IMG/VR virus record: IMGVR_UViG_3300022707_000755
Reading direction: 5' to 3' (one strand)
DNA length: 41,175 bases
DNA from: a virus
Shown piece by piece: positions 14,449 through 23,971 of the stretch. Position 1 is the stretch's first letter; each line of letters opens with the position of its first letter. The position numbers and the translations under genes are program-made. The notes beneath the pieces were generated by a model. The model made no database searches. It was not told where the DNA came from and worked only from the letters and a program-made list of their open reading frames with translations.

Positions 14449-14646
14449 ATGAATACTATTTGGCAGGATTTTAATAGCCCAATACCCAAGATTAAGCGCG
14501 TCTGGATTCGACTCCCAATTGCCTTAATAGAGATTTGTATTGGATCGCCAATTATTATTGTTGCGGGCGTTGCTGGCGGCATTCTTGATGGGGTCATAGA
14601 GTCTTACAAGCTGTCAATAATCCTTATTTTTGGTGATGGGGGATGA
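14449..14646 (+). CDS. Small membrane protein (65 aa; track ORF 14224..14646 extends upstream into the preceding gene)
   Basis: ATG after SD GGGATAGGA; hydrophobic IALIEICIGSPIIIVAGVAGGIL. Confidence 0.5.
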   Translation: MNTIWQDFNSPIPKIKRVWIRLPIALIEICIGSPIIIVAGVAGGILDGVIESYKLSIILIFGDGG

Positions 14647-15059
14647 GTGACAAGTGGACAGTCAATTCAGTTCAAACCAAAGATGACCTAATCAAGCATA
14701 TTGAAATGATGTTTGAACAAAAGAAATACCTAACGATTGATATTAAGGCTGGAAAGCCTCGTACATCATTGCAGAACAACGCTTTGCACTTGTATCTTAG
14801 TCGGTTATCGGTCGCCATGAATGAGGCTGGCCTGGATATGCCAACGGTACTCAGTCATCATGATTTAATACCATGGGATGTAAAGGGACTTAATGCCAAG
14901 GAAAGGCTATGGAAGCCCATTCAAGAGGCGTTAACCGGCAAGGAAAGCACAACTAAACCAAAGTCTAGCCAGTATGCCGAGATATACGACACGCTTAATA
15001 GCTTTATGTCTTCCAAGTATGGTATTTCGATTCAGTGGCCAGTGAAAAGTGATAAATAA
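14643..15059 (+). CDS. NinB/Orf-like recombination mediator
   Basis: KPRTSLQNNALHLYL and GKESTTK...F...YGI blocks resemble lambda NinB (RSLDQNRKLWA...STS...). Confidence 0.45.
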   Translation: MSDKWTVNSVQTKDDLIKHIEMMFEQKKYLTIDIKAGKPRTSLQNNALHLYLSRLSVAMNEAGLDMPTVLSHHDLIPWDVKGLNAKERLWKPIQEALTGKESTTKPKSSQYAEIYDTLNSFMSSKYGISIQWPVKSDK

Positions 15060-15265
15060 TGGAATTCTTACACGTTAGTTTTAGCAAGGTTTATGAGTTC
15101 AAATCAATTCTATTTGAATGGCATAGTTATTGTGGCCCTCTATTTCTTAGGTTTAAAGATTGCGAGCCAAAGAAGGAACAACAAAGACCGCTGCGTGATT
15201 ATGGCGTTCTGAATCAGTGGTGTAGATTGAGCGACGATCAAAAAGAACAATATAGGGTTTACTAA
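15059..15265 (+). CDS. Hypothetical protein
   Basis: ORF track; TAATG coupling on both sides. Confidence 0.55.
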   Translation: MEFLHVSFSKVYEFKSILFEWHSYCGPLFLRFKDCEPKKEQQRPLRDYGVLNQWCRLSDDQKEQYRVY

Positions 15266-15669
15266 TGGGAATTAAGATAAAACCAGCGGACAAGGCATTT
15301 AGTGATGTTGTCCATGCCGCATACAATCATACCTGCGCTCGATGTGGCCGTGTTGGCCGTGTTGAAAATTCACATATACATACGCGTGCACACAGGACAA
15401 TAAGGTGGTGTAAGGAGAATGGTGTAGCCAAGTGCCATACCTGTCATCGATGGTGGCATGGGAACCCGACAGAAGCTGGTTTGTGGTTTATCGCTACGTT
15501 TGGCCAGGGTGTTGAGGATCTATTGATTGAAAAGCGTAACCAGAAAGTAAAGATTCCTAAGTCTGAAGAGAAGGAAATAGCTAAACACTATAGGGAGCAA
15601 CTTAAGCTCATTCAGGAAAAGAGGGCTAATGGAGCAGAGGGATTCATTGATTATGTAAGTTGGCAGTAA
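15265..15669 (+). CDS. NinG/Rap-like Cys/His-rich putative structure-specific endonuclease
   Basis: CARCG...ENSHIHTRAH...KCHTCHRWWHGN resembles the NinG zinc/His core; recognised by eye. Confidence 0.4.
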   Translation: MGIKIKPADKAFSDVVHAAYNHTCARCGRVGRVENSHIHTRAHRTIRWCKENGVAKCHTCHRWWHGNPTEAGLWFIATFGQGVEDLLIEKRNQKVKIPKSEEKEIAKHYREQLKLIQEKRANGAEGFIDYVSWQ

Positions 15670-15761
15670 TTATCAATGATGTTGAAAGTTAATCCCCTAC
15701 ACATAACCAGGGATGGAGCTATAGTTAATTTGTAGTTAACAAACATTAAGGGATAACGATC

Positions 15762-16061
15762 ATGTTTAAGACTTTCACTTTTAATACTAATGACGCTTCA
15801 AAGGCCTGCCGGTACTACCTCGACATCCATACTCCAATGCATGCCAATACAGAGACCTTAAAGGTTTCCGTTAGCTTTCACCGCCTACGAACGAAAGAGC
15901 CTATTTCAATGTCCTACATGGGTGGCGTGATAATCAAGAAAGGATTGCCACACTGGGATGAGTTTAAAGTTATGCTAATGGAATGTATTGCAAGACAAGA
16001 AGCTGATCAAAGATTAGACGATGAATGCCTTGAGATAATCCCACAGTTGAGGGCTATGTAA
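15762..16061 (+). CDS. Hypothetical protein
   Basis: ORF track; SD TAAGGGATA. Confidence 0.6.
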   Translation: MFKTFTFNTNDASKACRYYLDIHTPMHANTETLKVSVSFHRLRTKEPISMSYMGGVIIKKGLPHWDEFKVMLMECIARQEADQRLDDECLEIIPQLRAM

Positions 16062-16420
16062 TGTGCGAAATTGATCAGTTTTTAAATGATCACCGGTTTG
16101 AAATAAACAATGGGATTGTAACCATAAAGCCAACACTAGATAAGATTGTAAGGGATGGTATGAAAGCTATAAGTAATGCAGTTGTAGAAGTAATTGAGCG
16201 CCATGAAAAGGCTATTGAGGGTGAGTTTATACCGGCTGGTGAAATTTCAGAATCCGAAAAATATGATATATTAAGAAATTCTCTCCACCTTCAAAGTCAA
16301 CAAGCTGGGTTACAGGCTTATTATCAACAACAACAAGGGATTTCAAATCAATTAAGTGGGCTGTGCGGGTTTTCAGCTGATACCGGTCAAGCTGTATTTA
16401 ATCCATTTAGGGATTTCTAA
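16061..16420 (+). CDS. Hypothetical protein
   Basis: ORF track. Confidence 0.6.
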   Translation: MCEIDQFLNDHRFEINNGIVTIKPTLDKIVRDGMKAISNAVVEVIERHEKAIEGEFIPAGEISESEKYDILRNSLHLQSQQAGLQAYYQQQQGISNQLSGLCGFSADTGQAVFNPFRDF

Positions 16421-16542
16421 TGAAAGCTTATTTTAAAGATGGTGTTTGTTATTTAAACGATAAGCCCACCGCTGAATCTAGCGTATGGGCTGCACTTAAA
16501 TCTGAATATATCAAAAGGCTTAAGCATGATAACAGAAACTAA
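16420..16542 (+). CDS. Hypothetical peptide (40 aa)
   Basis: Hand translation MKAYFKDGVCYLNDKPTAESSVWAALK...; TAATG coupling. Confidence 0.35.
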   Translation: MKAYFKDGVCYLNDKPTAESSVWAALKSEYIKRLKHDNRN

Positions 16543-16732
16543 AGGCGCTCAAGAGTGGCTGGATACCATGAAGATAAAGCATTTCGGAAAGGATACAGAG
16601 TGCCGCCCAGAGGGAAGCTTCATTCATATATTCTTAAAGACTGGAAATGACGATCCGGTTACCGTAATCCTTGGCCTGTATTGTAAGGATACAGGCCAGG
16701 GCAAGGTGTTTAGCGGGCCTCCTTCCGTATAA
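16526..16732 (+). CDS. Hypothetical protein, last gene of the rightward operon
   Basis: ORF track; its 3' end overlaps the convergent minus-strand gene by 23 nt. Confidence 0.55.
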   Translation: MITETKGAQEWLDTMKIKHFGKDTECRPEGSFIHIFLKTGNDDPVTVILGLYCKDTGQGKVFSGPPSV

Positions 16733-16877
16733 GCTCAATAGCTCCATATATCACACCAAGGCTAGTTCCGATCTCCATTAGGAGGTCTGGAGCTATCATC
16801 AATCCAAGTGCACCAAGCGCCAAGCTAATTCCCTTATAGGTCGACGGCTCTTTTAGTCTTTCTAATATCCATTTCAT
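16710..16877 (-). CDS. Small membrane protein downstream of the endolysin (holin or lysis-accessory candidate; 55 aa from ATG)
   Basis: MKWILERLKEPSTYKGISLALGALGLMIAP...; SD AGGAG overlaps the endolysin stop. Confidence 0.5.
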   Translation of the reverse strand: MKWILERLKEPSTYKGISLALGALGLMIAPDLLMEIGTSLGVIYGAIELIRKEAR

Positions 16878-16887
16878 ATGAAGGCTC

Positions 16888-17274
16888 CTAATAGTTCCAA
16901 GTTGGTACGTCTTTTCGTTCTGTTTCAGTCCATGCCATGTGTATAAAACCACAATAAGTACCGCCAGCTACTCTAGTTGCTCCGTGACGGCCAGCAAGAA
17001 CCTTAAGTTTAGTTTCCATTACTGAGTTATCACATCGTACGTCAACGGCTTTACGTAGCTGATGATCACCCGCTTTCTCCTTTTTAACTTCATTAGGATG
17101 ATTGGGGCACCGGCCACCTGAAGTGATGACCATTGGTAAATTAAGATCATCACGGATAAGCTGAATTTTATCTAACGTCTCTTGGTCCACACTCCTTCGG
17201 TCACAATCATTATGGCCGCAAGTGCATAGTAGTTTTTTGTCAGACTCAGGATTAAAATTATTTGTTTTAATCAT
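16888..17274 (-). CDS. Endolysin, peptidase M15 family (zinc D,D- or L,D-peptidase)
   Basis: SGGRCPNHPNEV...GDHQLRKAVDV ... GFIHMAW gives the H-x6-D ... H zinc triad of M15. Confidence 0.8.
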   Translation of the reverse strand: MIKTNNFNPESDKKLLCTCGHNDCDRRSVDQETLDKIQLIRDDLNLPMVITSGGRCPNHPNEVKKEKAGDHQLRKAVDVRCDNSVMETKLKVLAGRHGATRVAGGTYCGFIHMAWTETERKDVPTWNY

Positions 17275-17303
17275 GGTTTCTCCGTGAAGGTTAAGTTGTG
17301 TTA

Positions 17304-17344
17304 TCTTATCTTAAAACTTCGCACTAATTTTATTCAAGATAAGA
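17304..17344. repeat. 9-bp inverted repeat TCTTATCTT / AAGATAAGA between the tailspike and endolysin genes
   Basis: Read directly; no U-run follows on the minus strand, so it is not called a terminator. Confidence 0.5.
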
Positions 17345-17354
17345 CTCTCTATGT

Positions 17355-19892
17355 TTATATTATAATACCTCTAACCGTAGTTGTTATAGTGCCGGTATAG
17401 TTACCCGATGGCGTAATGCTTAAATCTCTGTTAGTGCCATCATGATTCCGTTTTGCTAATGTGTAATCGCTAAAGCCATTTATTACCGCCGCCGCTGATA
17501 CCCAATAATCCGCCGCTGATCCATCACCATAAGTCACGTTAGCGCCTGCCGCTGTACCTACGTTTGATATGCTAGTTATTCTGACATTGCTAGCCGATAG
17601 AATAGGCGTGTCAACATCACCTAAATACTGAAGTTCGCTAGTGCCTGCCCAGGTATTAGCCCAACTGATTTCAAACTCTCGCATAGGTCTTGCTAGTGTT
17701 GAAAGTGATGTAGGGTGTCTGCCGTGGTTGTTGTTTGTGGATGAATCCAACCATAAGCCAGGAGGTGGCTGTATTCCTTCAGGCTCTAAAGCAAATGTAC
17801 AATTAGACCATTTGTCTGTTTCTGCTATACCGTCCCTGTACAGGTCTATGTGCTGTTGTGGAATTAGTACGCTTGAGAAGGTAGCCATGGTTTTCAAGGC
17901 TATTTCTTGTTGTGATGTAGTGCTACGCCCTCCAATATGTAAATTACCTGTATTGGTTAGCGTTACAACTGCCGCCGCATCAATAGAAACGGATTCAGAT
18001 AAAACGCCGTTAATGTAAAAGCTAACACCACCCGCTGTACCTGCGACCTCTCTTAATACACTTACACCAATTGAGTTAATAGTGTCGTTAGCAAAATAAT
18101 TACCCGCTACTGTGGTGAAAGTTGTGCCATCATCATTTCTATATAAATAAAGCCTAATTTGACCTGTTGGGGTAATAGCTAGCAATACCCCTGTAATATT
18201 TGGTGATACTCCTGAAGTTTTCCAGTATAAATAAGTCTCTGATGCGGGGGTCCAATCGCCCTGACCGACTTGGCAGAAAATCGTGAAGTCAGCAGTACCA
18301 AAGTTAATAGCGCTATCATCTAGAACCTTAACACCTGTCACAACTCCACTTGCAGCCAGCATCACGGCCTGTGTTCTTTCGTTAATATTAATGGCATTGC
18401 TAATTGATAGTGTTGGTAACTGCCCCGTTGAATTACTATCTACAAGACAAGTTTCTGTACCCCACACAAGCAAATCTGAACTAGTATTACCGTATGAAAC
18501 GTTATCGTTCACTTGGCTAAAAAAGCAATTATGCGCAACTATGCCGAAAAGGTTATTACGGGTTGTATTATGATGGAATTTTAGGTTTGTGATCGTACCT
18601 GCACCATCAGCAACAATTCCCTGTGTGCCGTTGCTATTAGCTATAGCCCCAGTTACCTCAAAGTCAGCAACTATCGCCGCCTCTCCATCTGGTTTAATCG
18701 CATTTGGCTCAATATCTATTCCTGCTTGTGGTGGTGCGCCTGTATTATTTGACCAGTTACCACCCTGAATTGATCCACCTATACACCCTATAACCGCACC
18801 GCCGTTTCTTTGGTTAGCTGTGCCGCTACAGTTTATAAGCTGAACATTTGTTGACTCTGGTGAAGGTGAGTTCAAGTGATCGTATAGGATGCCAAAACCG
18901 TCTGTATAACCTTCAATACATTTTAGATCATATATAAATATATCGTTTGACGCTTCAATCCTGAATTCTGTAGATTGAAATGTTGTCCCTTCTCTTGTTC
19001 CTGTGAAGGTTATAAGGTCGCCGCGCACCGTTGCGCCGTTACCCTTTACTACTACATTTGTAGCCAAATAAGTATGGAATACACTGGCCCTAATGTCTGG
19101 GCTAGGAATATGCATCCAGATTGTACCAGCGTGAAATTCTAAATATGAATCGCTTGGTATCCTTACGCCCTCTAATGAGTTACCCGCTCTTACCAGCCCC
19201 GCATCAATACCATATGTTTTAGGTGATGATGTGCACTTAGCTATGCCTGCGCAAGCAATAAACGCCCTTTCAACTGCTGCTGTAGAATCTGCAACTATGG
19301 CAATATCATCAGCACCGAAAGCATCAACGTTAACACTAAACCCTATTCTAAGAACTAGTGACAGCGTGCCAACACCAGTTCCTTGGACTATATCATAGGT
19401 GTTCTCTGTGACTGTAGAGCTTAGAACTACATCCCACATAGCCCCACCACCGTTTCCAGTGGTTCGCTCTTTAATATTCAAGGCTTGGCCGTCTACAAGG
19501 GTTGTACTTATTACAGCATCATTAAGGGTGTCGTAATTAAATACAACGGTATTACTTTCTAGTGTAATTGGTACGCCATCATTAACATCAGCCTGCTTTA
19601 GAGCTAGATTTCCCTGGGAGTCATTAACCTGAATTGCATAGTTTCCATCCACCAATAGAACAACAATATTCCCGCTAGCATCAACAGCATAGCCGCCCGA
19701 GTTGGTGGATATAGGCTGTGAAATAGGAACCTTTGTGCCGTCTTCTTGTTTAGCTGTTACCTCTAACTGATTGGCCACAATGGTCGGATCAAGATCGGGC
19801 TTGCCAATAAAGATCTCCCCATTGAATATAGGCTTACCTTTGTTCCGTGCGTTATAATAAGAATATGGGTTGCTTACAAAGTTAAGGGCCAT
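17355..19892 (-). CDS. Tailspike: P22-type head-binding N-terminal domain, beta-helix-like centre, LamG/ConA-like C-terminal part
   Basis: KPIFNGEIFIGKPDLDPTIVANQLEV..EDGTKVPISQPISTNSGG parallels the P22 gp9 N-terminus; the central Gly/Asn/Thr-rich repeats include GIDIEPN. Confidence 0.8.
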   Translation of the reverse strand: MALNFVSNPYSYYNARNKGKPIFNGEIFIGKPDLDPTIVANQLEVTAKQEDGTKVPISQPISTNSGGYAVDASGNIVVLLVDGNYAIQVNDSQGNLALKQADVNDGVPITLESNTVVFNYDTLNDAVISTTLVDGQALNIKERTTGNGGGAMWDVVLSSTVTENTYDIVQGTGVGTLSLVLRIGFSVNVDAFGADDIAIVADSTAAVERAFIACAGIAKCTSSPKTYGIDAGLVRAGNSLEGVRIPSDSYLEFHAGTIWMHIPSPDIRASVFHTYLATNVVVKGNGATVRGDLITFTGTREGTTFQSTEFRIEASNDIFIYDLKCIEGYTDGFGILYDHLNSPSPESTNVQLINCSGTANQRNGGAVIGCIGGSIQGGNWSNNTGAPPQAGIDIEPNAIKPDGEAAIVADFEVTGAIANSNGTQGIVADGAGTITNLKFHHNTTRNNLFGIVAHNCFFSQVNDNVSYGNTSSDLLVWGTETCLVDSNSTGQLPTLSISNAININERTQAVMLAASGVVTGVKVLDDSAINFGTADFTIFCQVGQGDWTPASETYLYWKTSGVSPNITGVLLAITPTGQIRLYLYRNDDGTTFTTVAGNYFANDTINSIGVSVLREVAGTAGGVSFYINGVLSESVSIDAAAVVTLTNTGNLHIGGRSTTSQQEIALKTMATFSSVLIPQQHIDLYRDGIAETDKWSNCTFALEPEGIQPPPGLWLDSSTNNNHGRHPTSLSTLARPMREFEISWANTWAGTSELQYLGDVDTPILSASNVRITSISNVGTAAGANVTYGDGSAADYWVSAAAVINGFSDYTLAKRNHDGTNRDLSITPSGNYTGTITTTVRGIII

Positions 19893-19924
19893 TTTTTACA
19901 CCTTTTGATTTTGATTTATGGTGA

Positions 19925-21790
19925 TTATTGTTCTTTAAGTAATTCTTTTATTGCTCTGAATGCGCCAGATTCATTTATTCCACGGGCCTTCTCGACACCT
20001 TTTGCCACACCTTTTATTGCAAGATCACCCATGCCTGTTGGAGTTGCCGCTCTTGCTGCGCCTTCAATTGCTTGCCCTATTTGACCTTGAAATGAAGTTC
20101 TGGCAGTTGCACCAAACATACGATCCAGCTCATCAAAAAACAAAGTTTGAGACATTAAATTATCATCAAATTTACCGCCATATTTTGCAGCAACGCCCTC
20201 AATTTCATCTATTGAATCAAGCAATCTAACCCTGGACTGCGAATTACTCATAACCCGTCTTAATAATGTTCCTGTGGCTTTATCGGCCCTACCTCCTGAC
20301 AAGTCCATCTTACGACCCGCTACGTCCTGAATGTCATCTAGTGCTGATATTGTGTCCGCGTATTTTGTATTTGCAGCGTCATAATCTTTAAACTCATCAT
20401 CAAGAATACCGTCAATATTCCGCCTTAAGTTTTTTAGGATTGATTCAGTCTTACCACCAAGACCCTCACCTTGCTTTCCATAGGTTACATTCTCATCAAT
20501 GTACTTTTTCACCCTATGTAATTCGTAAGCATTTGGGGCTTTGTCTTTAGCAAGCCTAGCTACCATTCGTTTAATGGCTGATTCAGGCGCTGCTAGATCT
20601 TCAATATCCGACCCTCTAAAGTCAGGTGATATTTTTCCGTCCTTGTTTCGTGTAAGGCGAATTCCCATATTATCCAGGTCATCCATAAATCTACTAATAG
20701 CCGATGAGCTATCAACATCCTTACCTTTCAGGGACTGGGCGGCGATCTCCAATTCCTTGCCCGCCTTCTTATTTGTACTTCTTATATAATCAATTCGATC
20801 AACAAGGGATTGCCCGGCAACATCAGCAGGCCTATTTTTCAGAGCATACTCTTGATTTTTCTTGCCCCTCTCCATGATATTGACCATCTTTGCCATCTTG
20901 GATCTATCTTCTTTAGACGACCCTTTAACAGATGCTATTACACCCTCATCAAACCCCTGTTTAATAGATTCAATTGCTGCCTTGTCTTTAACTATTTTTG
21001 GGCCTCCGACATCTAAAGCCTTCTTGAATTTACTGGTCGCGGTTTCTGGCCCCTCAAGTAATGCTTGGCCCTCTACTGCACCAGTTCTGGGTTCTTTTAA
21101 TTTGAACTTGGCTGTTTCAACATCAGTCTCACCGGCTTCCAGTAATCGCCCTATGCGCTGCTTGGTTGGGCTTTGATACTGGAATACGCCCTTGGCCACT
21201 TCCGCCGCTGGCTTGGCTGCCTGAGTTGCTGCCTGAGCAGCGGTTTTAGCCGCCCGGGCTATTTGTGGGCGTGCTGCCTTACCAAGTTGACCTATCTGCT
21301 GAGCTGCACCACCAAGACCTGCCAATGGGGCTAGTGCCTCACCAGCCTCTCCTATGGCTTGAACATATTCTTGACCGGTTTCGGTTCTTGGTGCATAGGT
21401 AAATTCAGCCATGGCCGCTTCTGCACGGTCAGCTATTCTATTCGCCGCCTCGTTACTGCCAAACTCGCCTGATCTAAGTTCGGAAATAATCCCCTGTAAA
21501 GTACCGCCAAGCAATCCAATTGTTCCACCTGTAGCGCCTGTGGCCGCTGTTAATGCAGCCTCGGCGCCACCTATTACTTGCTCACCTATCGTGGGTTCTG
21601 ACTCTGGCGCTGGTGCTTGGGGAATTATCTCCCCATATATGTCAGGGATATCGCCACTTCGGGCGGAAAACTCTTCCGCCGTCAATGATTGAGGTACAGG
21701 TTGCCCGGCAACTTCTGGCTGATCAAACTGATCAAATACATTACCGGTTTGCTGAGCCGGCTCGTCAAACTGATCGAATACATTGGCCAT
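19925..21790 (-). CDS. Internal virion / ejection protein (slot and size of P22 gp16)
   Basis: 621 aa; N-terminal tandem motif NVFDQFD(E/Q)P x2; Ala-rich segments; synteny only. Confidence 0.5.
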   Translation of the reverse strand: MANVFDQFDEPAQQTGNVFDQFDQPEVAGQPVPQSLTAEEFSARSGDIPDIYGEIIPQAPAPESEPTIGEQVIGGAEAALTAATGATGGTIGLLGGTLQGIISELRSGEFGSNEAANRIADRAEAAMAEFTYAPRTETGQEYVQAIGEAGEALAPLAGLGGAAQQIGQLGKAARPQIARAAKTAAQAATQAAKPAAEVAKGVFQYQSPTKQRIGRLLEAGETDVETAKFKLKEPRTGAVEGQALLEGPETATSKFKKALDVGGPKIVKDKAAIESIKQGFDEGVIASVKGSSKEDRSKMAKMVNIMERGKKNQEYALKNRPADVAGQSLVDRIDYIRSTNKKAGKELEIAAQSLKGKDVDSSSAISRFMDDLDNMGIRLTRNKDGKISPDFRGSDIEDLAAPESAIKRMVARLAKDKAPNAYELHRVKKYIDENVTYGKQGEGLGGKTESILKNLRRNIDGILDDEFKDYDAANTKYADTISALDDIQDVAGRKMDLSGGRADKATGTLLRRVMSNSQSRVRLLDSIDEIEGVAAKYGGKFDDNLMSQTLFFDELDRMFGATARTSFQGQIGQAIEGAARAATPTGMGDLAIKGVAKGVEKARGINESGAFRAIKELLKEQ

Positions 21791-23055
21791 TATAAGCCCT
21801 CTGGTAAGTAACCAAACTTAGCCTTAAATTGTTCCGCTGCCTGAGGGTTAGCCAGAAGGTAGTCAATGGCACCCTGTGGCGCTTTATTTTGTTCTTGCGC
21901 CTGTTTCGCCTGCCTACGATCTATCTTCTTCTTCTTTAGCCATCCCACTTTTGTATTGCCAGGGGTTCCTAGGTAGATAGCAGCAGACTCTAGGTAATCA
22001 GCTAGCTTCTGTTGCACATCTCGCTTTTCAATCATCCATTCTTTTAGCTCTGGGCCATCTAATGACGTTGGTAGTGCGGTCGACATTGCCATAGCTAACT
22101 CACCGGCTGATAAAGCTCCGAATGTAGTGTTTGAAACCACATCTAAGCCCAATCTATTTGCCAAGTTATCAAGTTTTATACTGGCAGTTTTGAAGCTTGG
22201 GAACATCTTTTCTATTCGGCCCGTTCCTGCGCCCTCGTCTATAAGTCTGATTCCCTCATCATAAAGCCCTATCTTTTCATTGATGGCCTCTATTTTATCA
22301 AAGGCAGCTATCGATGCATTGGCCGCTTCTTTCTGGCTTATAATCCCAGCCTGAACTTCACCTTCTAATTCATTTTGAGCTTCAAGGGTTGCAAGTTTCT
22401 TTTCGCCTGCTGCCTTTCGAAGATTTGATACCTTTTCAGCTCTGGCCGTTCTAATGGTATCGGCAGCGGCTTGCCCTGTTACTAGCTCACCAGTTGGGCT
22501 AAACACTTTAACGCCCTTTCCTGTAGACTGAATTACAGTGCCATCTTCAAGAATTTCCTGAGCGCCAACCTTTGTTTCTTTTGTGACGCCAGCCAAGCCA
22601 AGATCACTAACCGCCTTAATCTGCTCGGGCGTACCATACTGGGCAAGCATGATCCTGGCTGATTGCATGGTTTCCTCTGGCGTATCATCCAATCCCTCTA
22701 ATGTTTGCGCCGGGCTGCCACCGGATTGAGATACAAAGGCCGCTCGGTCACGAATTACCGTGTCTTTGTCTTCACCTTGTAGGATACGAAAAGCACTGTC
22801 GGCCATATTCTTTCGTGTGGCGTCATCCTTAAATTGGAACGATGCCTCTAATCCTTTAGCCATTTGGGGGTTGGCCGCCATGAAGCTAGCCATCAATGAC
22901 ACGTCACCGCTAGCTAGAACGTCTTGGGCTTCTTGTTGCTTGGCTTGCTGGGCTTGCAATTGCTTTTCCTGCTGCTGCTTCTGGCCATAGGCCTGGGCAA
23001 TGTTACCCAATCCTTGAAGTGGATTACCAACATCTATTGCAAACGGATTAGGCAT
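21790..23055 (-). CDS. Internal virion / ejection protein (slot of P22 gp20)
   Basis: 421 aa; Gln-rich and coiled-coil regions; synteny only. Confidence 0.45.
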   Translation of the reverse strand: MPNPFAIDVGNPLQGLGNIAQAYGQKQQQEKQLQAQQAKQQEAQDVLASGDVSLMASFMAANPQMAKGLEASFQFKDDATRKNMADSAFRILQGEDKDTVIRDRAAFVSQSGGSPAQTLEGLDDTPEETMQSARIMLAQYGTPEQIKAVSDLGLAGVTKETKVGAQEILEDGTVIQSTGKGVKVFSPTGELVTGQAAADTIRTARAEKVSNLRKAAGEKKLATLEAQNELEGEVQAGIISQKEAANASIAAFDKIEAINEKIGLYDEGIRLIDEGAGTGRIEKMFPSFKTASIKLDNLANRLGLDVVSNTTFGALSAGELAMAMSTALPTSLDGPELKEWMIEKRDVQQKLADYLESAAIYLGTPGNTKVGWLKKKKIDRRQAKQAQEQNKAPQGAIDYLLANPQAAEQFKAKFGYLPEGL

Positions 23056-23971
23056 TTAAACGCTCCTCAATTTTATCTTTGTAAATTCGCTTATATCCGT
23101 CATCAAGAGTTATAACTAAATCAGGATAAACCTTCTCGACCTCTTGAGCCAAGAATCCCTCTTCTGATCCAGTCTTGCCAGATTCTGGTTTCCAATCCCA
23201 CTTGTATCTCTGTATTCCTGGGTTAGAGGTTGATCCTATTTTTACAATATTGTCTTTAAGGTTTACATCAGATATAGCCGCCACTCCAACTTGGCCACCA
23301 AGATTCATGATATTACCAAAAGCCTGTTGCTTGGCTTGAACTGCTGCAATCTGACCCTGTGCTTGAGTCTGGCCTATCTGCCCATACTGCTGAGATATTT
23401 GAGGTGCTGCGCTTTGCAATCCTGCTAAACCCTGAATTCCACCTAATTGCTGATTATAGGATTCAAGCAAAGCCTCTTGCTGTAGATTCTGATTGTAGTT
23501 GGCCAACTGTGAAGCAGTTCCACCACCTCGAAGACCCCCTGTGGCCGAAGCTGTGCGGGCTAAAGCTTCCTCACCTGCCGCGCCGGTTCCTAGGATTGAT
23601 TGATATAGTGGCGATAGCTGAGCCTGATCAATTAACTGCTGCTGCCCTCCGTACTGCTCAAATCCAGCAAGTCCAGCAATGCCGCCAAGCTGCTGCAATC
23701 CAGCCTGCCTAAGCTCCTGTGGGATAGCCTCTGTCTCTTTTAGGTAGTCTAGACCCTGCTGCTGGTATCCGGCCTGTATGGCTGCGGCTTCTAGCGCTGC
23801 GTCTGCTGCCTCTTCACCACTTAGTTTTGCACCAAGTTTATCAGCACCCTCAGATAACTTGCCATATGGGTCGGTCGCCCCGCCACCAATAATACCGCCC
23901 AAGGCTACATTTCCAAGGCCTTGAGATGTCGAAGGATCTATATTCCTTCCAAATTGTCTAACTGCGCCCAT
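23048..23971 (-). CDS. Gly/Gln/Ala-rich fibrous protein with a C-terminal peptidase-S74 intramolecular chaperone domain (in the slot of P22 gp7)
   Basis: C-terminus ISDVNLKDNIVKIG....GFLAQEVEKVYPDLV...YKRIYKDKI matches the S74 pattern SD.rLK.NI ... G.iAQEve...P. Confidence 0.7.
   Translation of the reverse strand: MGAVRQFGRNIDPSTSQGLGNVALGGIIGGGATDPYGKLSEGADKLGAKLSGEEAADAALEAAAIQAGYQQQGLDYLKETEAIPQELRQAGLQQLGGIAGLAGFEQYGGQQQLIDQAQLSPLYQSILGTGAAGEEALARTASATGGLRGGGTASQLANYNQNLQQEALLESYNQQLGGIQGLAGLQSAAPQISQQYGQIGQTQAQGQIAAVQAKQQAFGNIMNLGGQVGVAAISDVNLKDNIVKIGSTSNPGIQRYKWDWKPESGKTGSEEGFLAQEVEKVYPDLVITLDDGYKRIYKDKIEERLNA

Noticed and set aside
17641-18018. Antisense ORFs inside large structural genes (also 18283..18573, 20862..21176, 21411..21692, 23359..23712, 25769..26023, 29300..29623, 32998..33336, 37964..38314, 39377..39637)
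   Set aside because: They are fully embedded opposite well-supported long genes, lack SD sequences and have low-complexity translations typical of antisense frames.
19925-21790. Tape measure protein
   Set aside because: At 621 aa it is too short for a long tail. There is no tail tube, sheath or chaperone-frameshift pair, and the module is P22-like (podovirus), so an internal/ejection protein fits better.
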